A DNA stretch of 64,000 bases from Waterburya sp. (GCA_965217895.1 CBDCJV010000002.1:1792001-1856000), one strand, 5' to 3'; counted from the first letter of the stretch, positions 31,664 to 42,817 are shown. Made by a program: numbers and translations. The notes: a model not told the origin generated them from the letters alone.

Positions 31664-32060
31664 ACTGCCGTGTTCTCTAATAACAGATTATCTATTTATT
31701 CTTGAATTGATTATCCTACTTTCTCTGTCCTCAAAGGAAAAATTGGATACTTTTCTCAATGTGATGAGCCTTGATGCTATTTTTTTTAACTAAAATTGTC
31801 CAAAAGCAGCAACAGTAAGCTTTTGTCTCGATGTTTGAAGTATCTAAAACTTTCTGCTTGTGATTTTATTGTAGCTTGTCTGCCTGAGAAGATAATTAAA
31901 AATATCTTAAGTGAATTAGTTTCGTTTAAAGCTTTTAGCCGCAGGCTTCTTGGCTTCCAAACAAAGATTCCAGTAAAAGCACTTTTACTGGAATCTTTTA
32001 AAACTTGTTTGAAAGTTCATATTTTATATATAGAAATCAATGCCCTGATTGTCTTAGCAG

Positions 32061-32699
32061 CTATGATGCTTGACCAATTTTTGGCTCAATGCCAGCTATT
32101 AAACGCTGAATATTAGTTTTGTGACGTAGGATCACGTACAATCCTGCCAAAACGGCAAAGATTGAATAGGCTGGAGGTTGATTTAAAGCAACCATTAAAA
32201 TATTAACGGCGATCGCGCCACAAATTGAACTGAGAGAAACTATTCTGGAAATACTCAAAGTAATTCCAAAGCTTGCTAAAGTTCCTAAAGCAACAGCAGG
32301 ATTCATCACCAGCAAAATACCCAAGGTAGTAGCAACTGATTTACCTCCACTAAAGTTGAGCCAAATGGACTTACTATGTCCGATAATGGCACTTAAAGCT
32401 GCGCCTGTGATTAACCAAGAATGCCAGTCAATAGGTAAAGTTTGGCTGGGGGCAAAGTAATAAAAAAGGTTAACTATAGTTAATGCTAATAAACCTTTGC
32501 ATAAGTCTATTGCCAATACGGCGATCGCCGCAGATTTACCCACAGTTCGTAAAACATTTGTAGCTCCTGTTGAACCTGAACCATGTTCTCTAATATCAAT
32601 TCCCTTCAGATAACGCCCGACTATATATCCTGTCGGAATCGATCCCAATAGGTAAGCAGTCAAAATTAGTAAAGCACTAATAGCAAAATATACCACCAT
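32061..32699 (-). CDS. plsY: Glycerol-3-phosphate acyltransferase PlsY
   Basis: GSIPTG, GSGSTGATNVLR, GGKSVAT, RHKTNIQRL. Confidence 0.95.
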   Translation of the reverse strand: MVVYFAISALLILTAYLLGSIPTGYIVGRYLKGIDIREHGSGSTGATNVLRTVGKSAAIAVLAIDLCKGLLALTIVNLFYYFAPSQTLPIDWHSWLITGAALSAIIGHSKSIWLNFSGGKSVATTLGILLVMNPAVALGTLASFGITLSISRIVSLSSICGAIAVNILMVALNQPPAYSIFAVLAGLYVILRHKTNIQRLIAGIEPKIGQAS

Positions 32700-32911
32700 G
32701 ATTTATTCGTTTTATTAAAATATCGTATGACCAGTTTAACGGCTTTTTGCGACAAAATAATACTTCTACTAATAGATATTTGCCTTAACATTTATCTTTC
32801 ATCAGGTACAACCAACCTCAAGAAAAGATGAACTTTTGTAATTTTACCAACAGGGATCGCCTATAGTTATTTCATAGTATACTGCACTGCTAACAATTGT
32901 CTTTAAAAGAA

Positions 32912-34474
32912 TTAAACATTTTTTTTCATTTGACTATAAATGAATCCTAATCCACTTAGAAAAAGTAACATAGGCGTTAACCAGTCTCCCCAGCGCACAT
33001 ATAGAGTTTTGTTTTGGCGACGATAGATAGTGTGAGCGTGAATTGCATATTGATTAATATCTGAGATCCATAAAGTATTGCCATGAGGATCGACGATCGC
33101 ACTATAGCCTGTGTTTGTAGCTCTAGCAGCCCAGCGATCGCTTTCTATGGCTCGCATCACGTCATGGGCATGATGTTGGCTGGGCATCGCCGTGCTATAG
33201 TGAGCATCATTTGATGCAGTAATAATAAACTCGCCCCCTGCTTTTGCCTGTCGCCAAAAATGCTGGGGGAAAGCAGACTCGTAGCAGATAGCAATAATTG
33301 CTCTACCAAAAGGAGTATCAAATATCTGATCGCTTTTGCCAGCAGCTAGATGGGCATTTAAGGGTGAAAGGCGATCGATTATTTTGCCAACGACAGACTC
33401 AAAGGGGATGTATTCTCCCAAAGGAACAAGCTTGTATTTGTCGTAACGACTATAGGTTTTTCCTTCACCAGTTAAAGTAAAGATACTATTGGTGTAGCTG
33501 TCGCCATTTCTACCGTTTGCACCTATCCAGGCGGGAATTTTGGCTGTAATTACTGCCTGATAAAAACTAGAGCCATCAATAATATCCTGCCAATAAAAAG
33601 GTAAAGCACCTTCAGGGGTTAAGACTACATCTACTCCCTGTTTGGCTAGTCTTTGATAACCAGAAGTATAGCCAGCGATCGCTTTAGGCCAGCCTTCAGA
33701 ATAAAGCTTGATTTCATTGGCAATATTTCCTTGAATAATGCCAACTTTTAGCGGTGCTAAGTTGTCTTTTGATACTGGTATTTGATAAAGATAATAGCCT
33801 ACAAGATGACCTGTAATTAAAACTATTAAAGGAGAAGTTATCAATAATAGTTTAATTCTTAAGTTAGCATGATTGCGCCAAGCTAAAATAGCTTCTGCCA
33901 GTAAACCATTAACGGCAATAATGATCGCTGCAACGGTATTAACTCCTGAGATTTTGCCTAACTGAAGGATAAATAAATTGTGTGGGCTTTGAGTATAGGC
34001 GATCGCGGGCCACCACAAAGGACTATAGCTCCATAATGTTTCTAAAGTACACCATAAAGCTACACCAATTAAAACCAAGATTAGACTACTAGATATATTT
34101 TTCTGACTAATTCTTTGACTAACAAAGCCGATTAAAATTGCCCAGGTTACTACTACTCCTGCACCCCATAAAGTAATAAAAACCCAGCAGAAAATGGCGA
34201 TCGCTAAACTAGCTAGCCAAGGAACACCCATCCAAGTCATCGGATGTATGCCAGTAATCCAAAACAAAGCCAAGCCGTCATAGCCAACTCCCCAAGCTAA
34301 AGCAATAATAGCTATCTGTTTGGCCGACTTGTGCTGTCTAATTAAAATCCATAAAGGAGCTAGAGCAAACCAAGCAAAATACCAAGCGTTAAACGGTGCT
34401 GGTGCTAACCCCATTAAGAAACCGCTTAGTAAAGAGATGATGATTGTTCGGATTTTCAATGGTAATAATTTCAT
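32912..34474 (-). CDS. lnt: Apolipoprotein N-acyltransferase
   Basis: QGNI, TPEGA, KLVPLGEYIP, ICYES, RATNTG nitrilase triad context. Confidence 0.95.
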   Translation of the reverse strand: MKLLPLKIRTIIISLLSGFLMGLAPAPFNAWYFAWFALAPLWILIRQHKSAKQIAIIALAWGVGYDGLALFWITGIHPMTWMGVPWLASLAIAIFCWVFITLWGAGVVVTWAILIGFVSQRISQKNISSSLILVLIGVALWCTLETLWSYSPLWWPAIAYTQSPHNLFILQLGKISGVNTVAAIIIAVNGLLAEAILAWRNHANLRIKLLLITSPLIVLITGHLVGYYLYQIPVSKDNLAPLKVGIIQGNIANEIKLYSEGWPKAIAGYTSGYQRLAKQGVDVVLTPEGALPFYWQDIIDGSSFYQAVITAKIPAWIGANGRNGDSYTNSIFTLTGEGKTYSRYDKYKLVPLGEYIPFESVVGKIIDRLSPLNAHLAAGKSDQIFDTPFGRAIIAICYESAFPQHFWRQAKAGGEFIITASNDAHYSTAMPSQHHAHDVMRAIESDRWAARATNTGYSAIVDPHGNTLWISDINQYAIHAHTIYRRQNKTLYVRWGDWLTPMLLFLSGLGFIYSQMKKNV

Positions 34475-34578
34475 CCTTACATTACCATCACCAGCAAGAA
34501 AAACTTGAGAAGAGATCGAGCAATTGTTTGCCGATCTCTTTACTATACTATCTGTCTCTAGACAGATGACTGAAATAT

Positions 34579-35700
34579 TTAGCGTATGTATTCTTTTAGT
34601 ATGCTATTGCGGTTAGGATGACGCAGTTTGCGTAATGCCTTGGCTTCAATTTGACGAATACGTTCGCGGGTAACATTAAAGATTTGTCCAATTTCTTCTA
34701 ATGTTTTCATACGACCATCATCTAAACCATAGCGTAGGCGCAAAACGTCTCGTTCGCGGGGGCTAAGAGTATCTAATACGCTTTCTAAATCTTCTCTAAG
34801 CAAACTTTTAGATACCTGATCTTCTGGAGTCTCTCCGTCTGCCTCAATAAAATCGCCCAAACGAGAGTCTTCTTCTTTACCAATAGGTGTTTCTAAGGAA
34901 ATGGGCAGTTGAGCCGATTTAGCAATAAATCTGAGCTTTTCAATGGTCATCTCCATGCGAGTAGCAATTTCTTCTTCTGTAGGCTTGCGTCCTCTTTCTT
35001 GAGAAAGTAATTTAGTAGTTTTTTTAATCCGAGAGATAGTTTCATATAGGTGAACAGGAAGGCGAATAGTCCGAGACTGATCGGCGATCGCTCTGGTAAT
35101 TGCCTGTCTGATCCACCAAGTAGCATAGGTAGAAAATTTATAGCCTTTTTCGTGATCGAACTTTTCGGCGGCTCTAATCAAACCAAGAGAACCTTCTTGA
35201 ATCAAGTCCTGAAAAGACAAACCACGATTCATATATTTTTTGGCAATTGAAACAACCAAGCGCAGGTTAGACTGCACCATCTTGTCTTTAGCTCTCCTAC
35301 CAATATAAAGGCGACGGCGGAATTTAGGATATTCCATGTCTACTTCTCTTGCCCACTCTTCGTCACTAGCTTCGTGACCTAAACCGTCTTCTAAACTATC
35401 TTTAAGTCTTTCTAATTCCAATAAATCGGCAATTTGGCGGGCTAATTCAATTTCTTCCTCTGCTCTTAAAAGCCTAATACGACCTATTTCTTGCAGATAG
35501 ATGCGAATAGAATCTTCAGTATAGGGTTTTTTTCTGCCACGTTCGACACGCTTGGTACCAGTAGCTTTTTTCTTTTTGCCTTTTGCTGCTGGCTTAAGAT
35601 CAACATTGTCTTTTACTTTTTTGGAATCCTCTTCAATGAGGCTTTCCCAGTCGTTTCCAGGATTGGCGATCGTTGCTAGAACTTGATTAGCTTGGGTCAT
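34579..35700 (-). CDS. sigA: Principal RNA polymerase sigma factor
   Basis: [59 protein letters not shown]. Confidence 0.97.
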   Translation of the reverse strand: MTQANQVLATIANPGNDWESLIEEDSKKVKDNVDLKPAAKGKKKKATGTKRVERGRKKPYTEDSIRIYLQEIGRIRLLRAEEEIELARQIADLLELERLKDSLEDGLGHEASDEEWAREVDMEYPKFRRRLYIGRRAKDKMVQSNLRLVVSIAKKYMNRGLSFQDLIQEGSLGLIRAAEKFDHEKGYKFSTYATWWIRQAITRAIADQSRTIRLPVHLYETISRIKKTTKLLSQERGRKPTEEEIATRMEMTIEKLRFIAKSAQLPISLETPIGKEEDSRLGDFIEADGETPEDQVSKSLLREDLESVLDTLSPRERDVLRLRYGLDDGRMKTLEEIGQIFNVTRERIRQIEAKALRKLRHPNRNSILKEYIR

Positions 35701-36403
35701 GCCGTTTTCCTCTTGCTCCTTCAGTGAAAATTTAATGATATTTTTTTAGTTAACTTTAGTTAAGTCGAAACCAGCTTGTGTCTAATTACACTTAACTTTA
35801 CTATTGATTATGTAGAATCGGTTATCTGCTGACAAATAACGGTTTGATCCTTGTGTGTCAGGGTTGAGATAGGTTTTCTAGCAAGTATTATTAACTAGAA
35901 GCTGGCGATATTTTCCGATTTTAGCCTTGATCGCCATGACTTTGGTAAATATTAAACAGAAATTTAGTAGTTTTTACACAAGATTTATCAAGAAATTACA
36001 AAATTTTCTGTAATTTTACTCCTATGGCATTGTAAGCAATTTGACAGAAAATAACACGGATTAATTTTTCTGTCTAAGAAACTAATTCTTGGAGAAGCTC
36101 GTCAAATAGCATCCAAGAAGCTTTAAATGAGATCCTAATCGGAGCGTCTTTTTTCTTTACATTTATTCGTAATTCTTGATAGCGATCGCTTGGATAATTC
36201 CCTATGTCTAATTTGATTATCTGGTTAAAAGCCTCAACCAGATAAATAGCCCAAACATATAGCCACTAATCTGACATATTTAATTGATGAGCCACAGATA
36301 TTGTTATCAATTAAACGATAGTCTCAACGCTCGACGAGAGACTTGACCCACTGTCACAAATGGCTTATATATGCTAAATATCTAATCTAATGGTGAAGAG
36401 TAA

Positions 36404-38137
36404 GTGAAAATCAACAATAAAAATTTTTATTTCTGGTTGGGTGTAAGCTTATTATTTGCTCTTTATTACGGATTATTTTTTTACTATCAGGTATTTAGCC
36501 ATGAATACATAGTTCAAGATGATGCCAGACACCATGTAGTTTGGCTACAAAAATTTGTCGATCCAAAGCTATTTCCTCACGATCTGATTGCTGACTATTT
36601 TCAAAGTCTTGCTCCTTTAGGATTTAAAATACTATATTTTTTAATGGCAAAAATTGGCATTCAGCCAATTGTCTTGGCAAAAATATTGCCTCCAATACTA
36701 GGTCTAATTACTACTGTTTATATTTATTTATTTAGTTTAGAAATATTACCTCTTGCTAGTTGTGCATTCTTAAGCAGTTTATTCGTCAATCAACTCATTT
36801 GGCTAAATGACGATCTTGTTTCGGCAACCCCTAGAGCTTTTCTTTATCCGATTTTTGCAGCATTTCTCTATTATTTATCCACAAGAAAGCTTGTTGCTTG
36901 TTTGCTGTTAATGATATTGCAGGGTTTATTTTATCCTCAGTTGCTATTAGTTGAAATAATCATATTTAGTTTAAATTTATTAATAGTAAAGGACAAATTA
37001 TTATTTAAACTTACCTCCAAAAAAGGAGCTTATATTTGGTTTATATCAGGAGTAATAGTTACAGCGATCGCTCTTTATCCTGAGGTTCAAAAACCTCCAG
37101 AGTTAGCAGCCTTGGTTACCGCCCAACAAATGCAGCAAATGCCAGAGTTTAATCCTGGTGGCAGAACTCCATTTTTTGGTGGTGGTTGGTTTAATTATTG
37201 GCTGGCTGGCGATAGTGGCTTGAGTTTGCCTCTTTTTCCGCCTATAGTTTGGAGTGGGTTGGCATTACCTTTTTTACTTAAAACTAAGCTACCAATTACC
37301 AAGTTAATTACCCAAAAAATTAACATTTTAACTCAGGTTGCGATCGCATCTATTCTCATGTTTATCGCTGCCCATATTTTATTGCCAAGGTTACATTTAC
37401 CAAACCGTTATACATATCATAGTCTGCGGTTTGTTATGGCAATAAGCACGGCAATTGTCTTAACAATCTCGATCAATATAGCTAGAAATTGGTTGCTTAA
37501 AAAGCTTCAGTCAAAAACCCCTTTTAAATCCTCAGAAAAAATCAAAATTGCTTTAATTACTCTTTTCAGTATCACAATAATTATCCTTCCTGCTATTCCT
37601 TATGTATTTACTAATTGGTGTCAAAATTGGAGAATAGGTATGGCAACGGAAATATATCAATATTTAGCAGGGCAGCCTAAAGACATTGTGATTGCATCCT
37701 TAAGCCAAGATGCTGATAATATTCCTGCATTTTCCCAACGGTCAATCTTAGTCGGAGGTGAATTTGCCTTAGCTTATCATCCTACTTACTATAATCAATT
37801 TAAACAAAAAACAATTGATTTATTAGAGGCTCAATATAGTCCAAATCCACAAGTTTTAAAATCTTTTATCCAAAAATATAAAGTAGATTATTTACTGTTA
37901 GATAATAATGCTTTTACAGCTAATTATTTGTTAGCCAAAGGTTGGCTGGTTAATAGCAGTTGGTCAGCAGAAACAAACAAAAGCATATCCCAATTAGAAT
38001 CAAATGTTTCTCCTGCATTAGTAACATTTGTTTTATCTTGTTCAGCTATATCTACAAGCAACCTAAATCTGGTAGATAGTAACTGTATTGTGAATAATTT
38101 TAACTCATTAGCAAAACCGCCGACAGCAAGAGAATAA
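36404..38137 (+). CDS. Polytopic membrane protein, possibly a GT-C-type glycosyltransferase
   Basis: Many TM segments, QDDARHH and DDL.SATPRAF loops; low GC. Confidence 0.7.
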   Translation: MKINNKNFYFWLGVSLLFALYYGLFFYYQVFSHEYIVQDDARHHVVWLQKFVDPKLFPHDLIADYFQSLAPLGFKILYFLMAKIGIQPIVLAKILPPILGLITTVYIYLFSLEILPLASCAFLSSLFVNQLIWLNDDLVSATPRAFLYPIFAAFLYYLSTRKLVACLLLMILQGLFYPQLLLVEIIIFSLNLLIVKDKLLFKLTSKKGAYIWFISGVIVTAIALYPEVQKPPELAALVTAQQMQQMPEFNPGGRTPFFGGGWFNYWLAGDSGLSLPLFPPIVWSGLALPFLLKTKLPITKLITQKINILTQVAIASILMFIAAHILLPRLHLPNRYTYHSLRFVMAISTAIVLTISINIARNWLLKKLQSKTPFKSSEKIKIALITLFSITIIILPAIPYVFTNWCQNWRIGMATEIYQYLAGQPKDIVIASLSQDADNIPAFSQRSILVGGEFALAYHPTYYNQFKQKTIDLLEAQYSPNPQVLKSFIQKYKVDYLLLDNNAFTANYLLAKGWLVNSSWSAETNKSISQLESNVSPALVTFVLSCSAISTSNLNLVDSNCIVNNFNSLAKPPTARE

Positions 38138-38163
38138 TTCCACAGTGCGATCGCATCTTTTCC
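38105..38163 (-). pseudogene. Degenerate relic of the ileS 3' region
   Basis: Aligns with ileS 38441-38499; WNYSLAVGGF versus IleS WNYSLSVGSF; centred on HIP1 at 38147-38154. Confidence 0.65.
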
Positions 38164-38391
38164 TGAAATTTTCGGTAATTTAGAACGTAATAAATATGTC
38201 ACCTTAGCAAATGAACATTCAGTTCTTTGAATAATTGCATTAATTCTCAAGTCATTATTTATCCAACTATAATCGAGCGACATTTATATGCACACAATCA
38301 ATTGAACAAAAATCAAATATTTATACTACTTCGTTTGAAAAAGAGGTTGAGATTTGCTTGTGTATAACTTATCTTCTGACAGAAAAGCTAA

Positions 38392-41301
38392 TTAAAACTG
38401 GCTTTTTAATGCTGCATTACAGCGATCGCATATTGTCGGATCATCTTTAAAACTACCAACAGATAAAGAATAATTCCAACAGCGATCGCATTTTTTACCG
38501 TCAGCTTTAACTACGGCGATGTTGGTAAGATCTGATTCACTCTTATATTCTGAATCAAGCAGAAAATCGACTAACTCTACTTGAGAAGCTAAGAAGAAGT
38601 AACGTAATTCATCTACATTTTTTTCACTCAAAGTATCAGAAGAATTGTAGGATGCTAGCTTATCTTTTAATTCAACATCAGCAACTTGCAACAATACTTT
38701 AGCATCAAGAGAAGAACCGATCGCTTTTGCTGTTCTCGCCTGTTCCATTACCTTGTTTACTTCATCTCTTAAACTGCCGATCATTCCCCAAAATTTATTT
38801 AATTCGGGTTTATGCCATTCGTCTTTGGTTTCTACCCAACCAGACTCAAACACCGATTTATAACCAGTGTCATAGGGTAAGGCTTGCCAAATATCTTCTG
38901 CCATGTGACATAATACTGGTGCGATCGCTTTAGCAATGTTTTCGATAGCTATGGCTAATACTGTCTGACAGCTACGACGACGGAAAGAATCAAGGCTGCT
39001 GATATAAAGTCTGTCTTTAGCGATGTCTAAATAGAAGTTAGATAAATCTACTACACAAAAGTTTTGAATGGCTTGAAAGAAGCGGAAAAATTGATAGCTT
39101 TCATAAGCGTCAGTAACTTCAGTAAATACCTCTGTCATGCGGTGCAGCATATACTTATCTAATTCTGGTAAGTCTGCATAGGCGATCGCATCTTGTTTTG
39201 GATCGAAGTCGTGTAAGTTACCCAGCAAGAAACGCGCCGTATTACGCACCTTGCGATATATTTCAGAATTTTGCTTGATAATATTCTTGCCGACACGAAC
39301 ATCTGAAGTATAATCAACCGAAGATACCCACAGGCGCACTACATCAGCACCATAAGCAGGTTCTTGCTTCTTGTTATTCCCCCCTTCGATAATCAATTCA
39401 GGAGCGATACCGTTGCCCTTAGACTTACTCATCTTGAAGCCTTTCTCATCAACTACATAGCCATGAGTAAGGACAGTTTTATAGGGCGCAATACCGTTAA
39501 CCGCGACGCTAGTAAGTAAGCTAGATTGAAACCAACCCCGATGTTGATCGCTTCCTTCGAGGTACATATCAACAGGATATTTTAATCTTTCCTTAGCTAC
39601 CGCAGCCCAAGATGAACCTGAATCAAACCAGACATCCATTGTATCTGTACCTTTGCCATAGGTGCGTCCATTATTACGGTAAGACTCAGGTAATAATTCT
39701 TCTATGGATAATTCCCACCAGGCATCAGAACCTTTTTCAGCAAAGATCGCCTTAACATGATTGATAGTTTCTTCGGTTAATAAAGGCTCATTAGTTTCTT
39801 CATCATAAAATACGGGAATCGGTACACCCCAGCTACGCTGACGGGAAATACACCAGTCAGAGCGATCGCTTACCATTGGCGTAATTCGTTTTTCTCCTTG
39901 AGCGGGAATCCAGGTGACGTTAGAAATAGCTTTCAAAGCATCGTCGCGGATGCCTTCTACTGAGGCAAACCACTGTTCGGTAGCGCGGAAGATTGTCGGC
40001 TTGCCTGTACGCCAGTCATAGGGATATTTATGGGCATATTCTTCGTGCTTGAGCAATGCACCAGCCTTGGTTAAAGCATCTATAATTGCTTGATTGCCTT
40101 CGCTTACTTTTTCATTGCCCTTAGCTACCACCTGCAACCCTACAAACTTACCAGCCTCTTCGGTAAACTTACCGCCATCATCCACAGGCGAAAGAATCGG
40201 CAGACCATATTTTTGTCCCGTGATATAGTCTTCCTGTCCGTGTCCAGGGGCAGTATGTACTAATCCTGTACCAGATTCAGTGGTGATGTAGTCGCCACCA
40301 ATCACAACTTTACTTTCGCGATCATACAAAGGATGACAATAGGTAGTATTTTCTAAAGCTTTGCCTGCTAGGATAGTTTTAACCTTTAACTCTAATCCCA
40401 AAGTTTCAGACAATCTTTCAACTAAATCCTTTGCCACTATTAAATAAGATACTCCTTCTTTAGCCATCATTGATTCTGTAGTAGGCAACGGCGGACTCAT
40501 TTCGACAACCGCATATTTTAATTCTTCATTAACCGCCACTGCCAAATTACCTGGAATAGTCCAGGGTGTAGTAGTCCAGATAGCTACGCTTAAGTTAGGC
40601 AAATATTCTTCTAATTCGGCTGCGCCTTCGCCCAATTTAGTTACAGGAAATGCCACATAAATGCTAGGAGAAGTATGTCCTTCAGGATATTCTAATTCCG
40701 CCTCTGCTAATGCAGAACGAGAACTTGGACTCCAGTGAACAGGTTTCAAACCCCGATAGATATTTCCTTTAAGCACCATTTGCCCAAAGACATCGATTTG
40801 TGCTGCTTCATATTCGGGAGTGAGAGTCAGATAAGGATGTGACCAATCTCCCCAAATACCATAACGCTTAAAGCCTTCGCACTGTTCTCTTTGTGCTTCG
40901 AGGGCAAATTCTTTCGCTTTTTGACGCAACTTGAGGGGAGTTAACTCTTGTCTCTCTTTAGATTTAATTTTCTGTAAAACTTTTAGCTCAATTGGTAGCC
41001 CATGACAATCCCAGCCAGGAATATAGTCTATTTTGTGTCCCTGTAACAGCTTGTATTTGTTGATAATATCCTTGAGAATTTTACCCAACGCATGACCCAT
41101 GTGTAGTGAACCATTAGCATAAGGAGGACCATCATGGAGAATAAAGGAGTCTTTAGGATTATTCTGTGACAGTTGCTCGTAAATTTTATTTTCTGCCCAA
41201 AATTGCTGTAGTTCTGGTTCGCGCTGCACGGCATTCGCCCGCATACTAAAGTCTGTTTGGGGCAGATTTACGGTTTCTTTGTAGCTTTTTGCTTCTGTCA
41301 C
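38392..41301 (-). CDS. ileS: Isoleucine--tRNA ligase
   Basis: HDGPPYANG, HMGH, KMSKS, C-terminal CDRC..CDRC zinc finger. Confidence 0.98.
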   Translation of the reverse strand: MTEAKSYKETVNLPQTDFSMRANAVQREPELQQFWAENKIYEQLSQNNPKDSFILHDGPPYANGSLHMGHALGKILKDIINKYKLLQGHKIDYIPGWDCHGLPIELKVLQKIKSKERQELTPLKLRQKAKEFALEAQREQCEGFKRYGIWGDWSHPYLTLTPEYEAAQIDVFGQMVLKGNIYRGLKPVHWSPSSRSALAEAELEYPEGHTSPSIYVAFPVTKLGEGAAELEEYLPNLSVAIWTTTPWTIPGNLAVAVNEELKYAVVEMSPPLPTTESMMAKEGVSYLIVAKDLVERLSETLGLELKVKTILAGKALENTTYCHPLYDRESKVVIGGDYITTESGTGLVHTAPGHGQEDYITGQKYGLPILSPVDDGGKFTEEAGKFVGLQVVAKGNEKVSEGNQAIIDALTKAGALLKHEEYAHKYPYDWRTGKPTIFRATEQWFASVEGIRDDALKAISNVTWIPAQGEKRITPMVSDRSDWCISRQRSWGVPIPVFYDEETNEPLLTEETINHVKAIFAEKGSDAWWELSIEELLPESYRNNGRTYGKGTDTMDVWFDSGSSWAAVAKERLKYPVDMYLEGSDQHRGWFQSSLLTSVAVNGIAPYKTVLTHGYVVDEKGFKMSKSKGNGIAPELIIEGGNNKKQEPAYGADVVRLWVSSVDYTSDVRVGKNIIKQNSEIYRKVRNTARFLLGNLHDFDPKQDAIAYADLPELDKYMLHRMTEVFTEVTDAYESYQFFRFFQAIQNFCVVDLSNFYLDIAKDRLYISSLDSFRRRSCQTVLAIAIENIAKAIAPVLCHMAEDIWQALPYDTGYKSVFESGWVETKDEWHKPELNKFWGMIGSLRDEVNKVMEQARTAKAIGSSLDAKVLLQVADVELKDKLASYNSSDTLSEKNVDELRYFFLASQVELVDFLLDSEYKSESDLTNIAVVKADGKKCDRCWNYSLSVGSFKDDPTICDRCNAALKSQF

Positions 41302-41358
41302 AGTAATAACTAGTTGAATTTAGTCAAGGGTTTGCTCATCTTCTCATTTATATATTAT

Positions 41359-41402
41359 TACTCGATCGCCCTACCAATTTCAGATTTTTTTCCATCTGAG
41401 AT
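41359..41402 (+). repeat. 44-bp direct repeat, copy 1 (copy 2 at 42146-42189)
   Basis: TACTCGATCGCCCTACCAATTTCAGATTTTTTTCCATCTGAGAT, 41/44 identical to copy 2. Confidence 0.9.
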
Positions 41403-41431
41403 GCTGGTATTCAAAATCAAGGATGTATAGA

Positions 41432-41818
41432 TTAATTAATCAAAGTAACTGAGTATTTATCAAAAGCTGAGTCAACAGATATGATGGGTAAGTTTTCAGC
41501 TATGGATTGAGCAATAATAAGTCGATCAAAAGGATCTCTATGGTAAAAAGGTATAGTGGCATTGACTCTAAGATGCTCTAATTCAACAGCTAGCAACCTT
41601 ATGCTACTGGTTGTTACTTCTCTCTTAACAAATTCTTCGTAGTTGGGATCTAATTTGAGCTTGCCTAAGTTATATTTAATCGACATCTCCCAAAGGCTAG
41701 CTATACTCAGGTAACTAAGATTACTTTCATCTTCAATTAAATCTTTGAGGTGGTTGCTTAGTTTGAAATTATCATTTACAAACCAAAGGAATGTATGGGT
41801 ATCTAGCAATAATTTCAT
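41432..41818 (-). CDS. vapC: VapC/PIN-domain toxin
   Basis: LLLDTHTFLW, SIASLWEMSIK, HRDPFDRLIIAQ, SVD. Confidence 0.93.
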   Translation of the reverse strand: MKLLLDTHTFLWFVNDNFKLSNHLKDLIEDESNLSYLSIASLWEMSIKYNLGKLKLDPNYEEFVKREVTTSSIRLLAVELEHLRVNATIPFYHRDPFDRLIIAQSIAENLPIISVDSAFDKYSVTLIN

Positions 41819-42045
41819 TGCTGCATATATTCCTTAAAGTCTTCTAGAGGCTCATCAAAGTCATCAGACATCCATACCCTACCTTTTGCACTACCTCTTT
41901 TTAAAGGGTGCTGGATTGGGAATATTGGTGAGATCTTAGCTACTGGTTGATTATCTTGGGTAATAACAATCTCTTCTCCTTTAATAGCCAAATCTAAAAG
42001 TTTAGATAAATTGACCTTGGCTTGAGTTATATCTATTTGCGTCAT
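41815..42045 (-). CDS. Phd/YefM-type antitoxin with a DUF2281-like C-terminus
   Basis: QAKVNLSKLLD..GEEIVIT...PVAKI; GSAKGRVWMSDDFDEPLEDF; overlaps the toxin start (ATGA). Confidence 0.9.
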   Translation of the reverse strand: MTQIDITQAKVNLSKLLDLAIKGEEIVITQDNQPVAKISPIFPIQHPLKRGSAKGRVWMSDDFDEPLEDFKEYMQQ

Positions 42046-42079
42046 AGGTGTAGTTCGATCCCATTAGGTCGAGGGACTG

Positions 42080-42148
42080 GTTCTAAGTTTATTAAAACTT
42101 ATGGTCAATTGTTTTATGTGGAAGGAGATATCTTACCAGAAACAATAC
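42080..42148 (+). pseudogene. 69-bp relic of the 3' part of ychJ
   Basis: 62/69 identical to 42571-42639. Confidence 0.85.
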
Positions 42149-42189
42149 TCGATCGCACTACCAATTTCAGATTTTTTCCCATCTAAGAT
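42146..42189 (+). repeat. 44-bp direct repeat, copy 2
   Basis: TACTCGATCGCACTACCAATTTCAGATTTTTTCCCATCTAAGAT. Confidence 0.9.
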
Positions 42190-42233
42190 AATATCGAATA
42201 TATTTAGCTTCAAAAGGTTAGATAACTTCCAAA

Positions 42234-42704
42234 ATGTCTAAAGAATTATGTCCTTGTGGAAGCAAAAAGCAATATTCATACTGTTGTGAAATGTTTCTAT
42301 CTGGTAAAAAGAAACCAGAGACGGCGGAAAAATTAATGCGATCGCGCTACACTGCTTTTGATCGGGGTAACGTTGACTATCTCCTTGCTACTCTGCATCC
42401 AGAAAAAAGGCAACCTAGCGATCGCCTTGAATTATCTAAAAGTATCAACAATACCCAATGGCTAGGCTTGAGCGTTATTGATACTCAAAAAGGCAAAAAA
42501 AATGACGTAACTGGGTATGTAGAATTTGAAGCAGTTTATCAGGTAGATGAACCAGGACAACTCCACGAACGTTCTAAGTTTATTAAAACTGATGGTCAAT
42601 GGTTTTATGTAGAAGGGGACATCTTACCTGGAACAATACCCAGGCGTAACGAACCTTGTTGGTGTGGTAGTGGCAAAAAGTATAAAGATTGTCATGAAGT
42701 TTGA
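42234..42704 (+). CDS. ychJ: YchJ-family protein with SEC-C motifs
   Basis: CPCGS, LMRSRYTAF, VEFEA, HERSKF, WFYVEG, RNEPCWCGSGKKYKDCH. Confidence 0.92.
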   Translation: MSKELCPCGSKKQYSYCCEMFLSGKKKPETAEKLMRSRYTAFDRGNVDYLLATLHPEKRQPSDRLELSKSINNTQWLGLSVIDTQKGKKNDVTGYVEFEAVYQVDEPGQLHERSKFIKTDGQWFYVEGDILPGTIPRRNEPCWCGSGKKYKDCHEV

Positions 42705-42817
42705 TCTCTTTTATATCGCGCAAAGACGCAGAGGCGCAGAGAGATGATGAAAATCTATTTTTATCTGCTTTAGCTTGTCAGCGAAATCTCTATTAGTTGG
42801 CGTTTAATTCAAAATAG

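Noticed and set aside
31796..32116. 106-aa plus-strand ORF between dxs and plsY
   Set aside because: TTG start, AT-rich, overlaps the plsY end antisense, no motif
37924..38283. 119-aa minus-strand ORF
   Set aside because: Chimera of unknown DNA, the ileS relic and the antisense of the membrane gene
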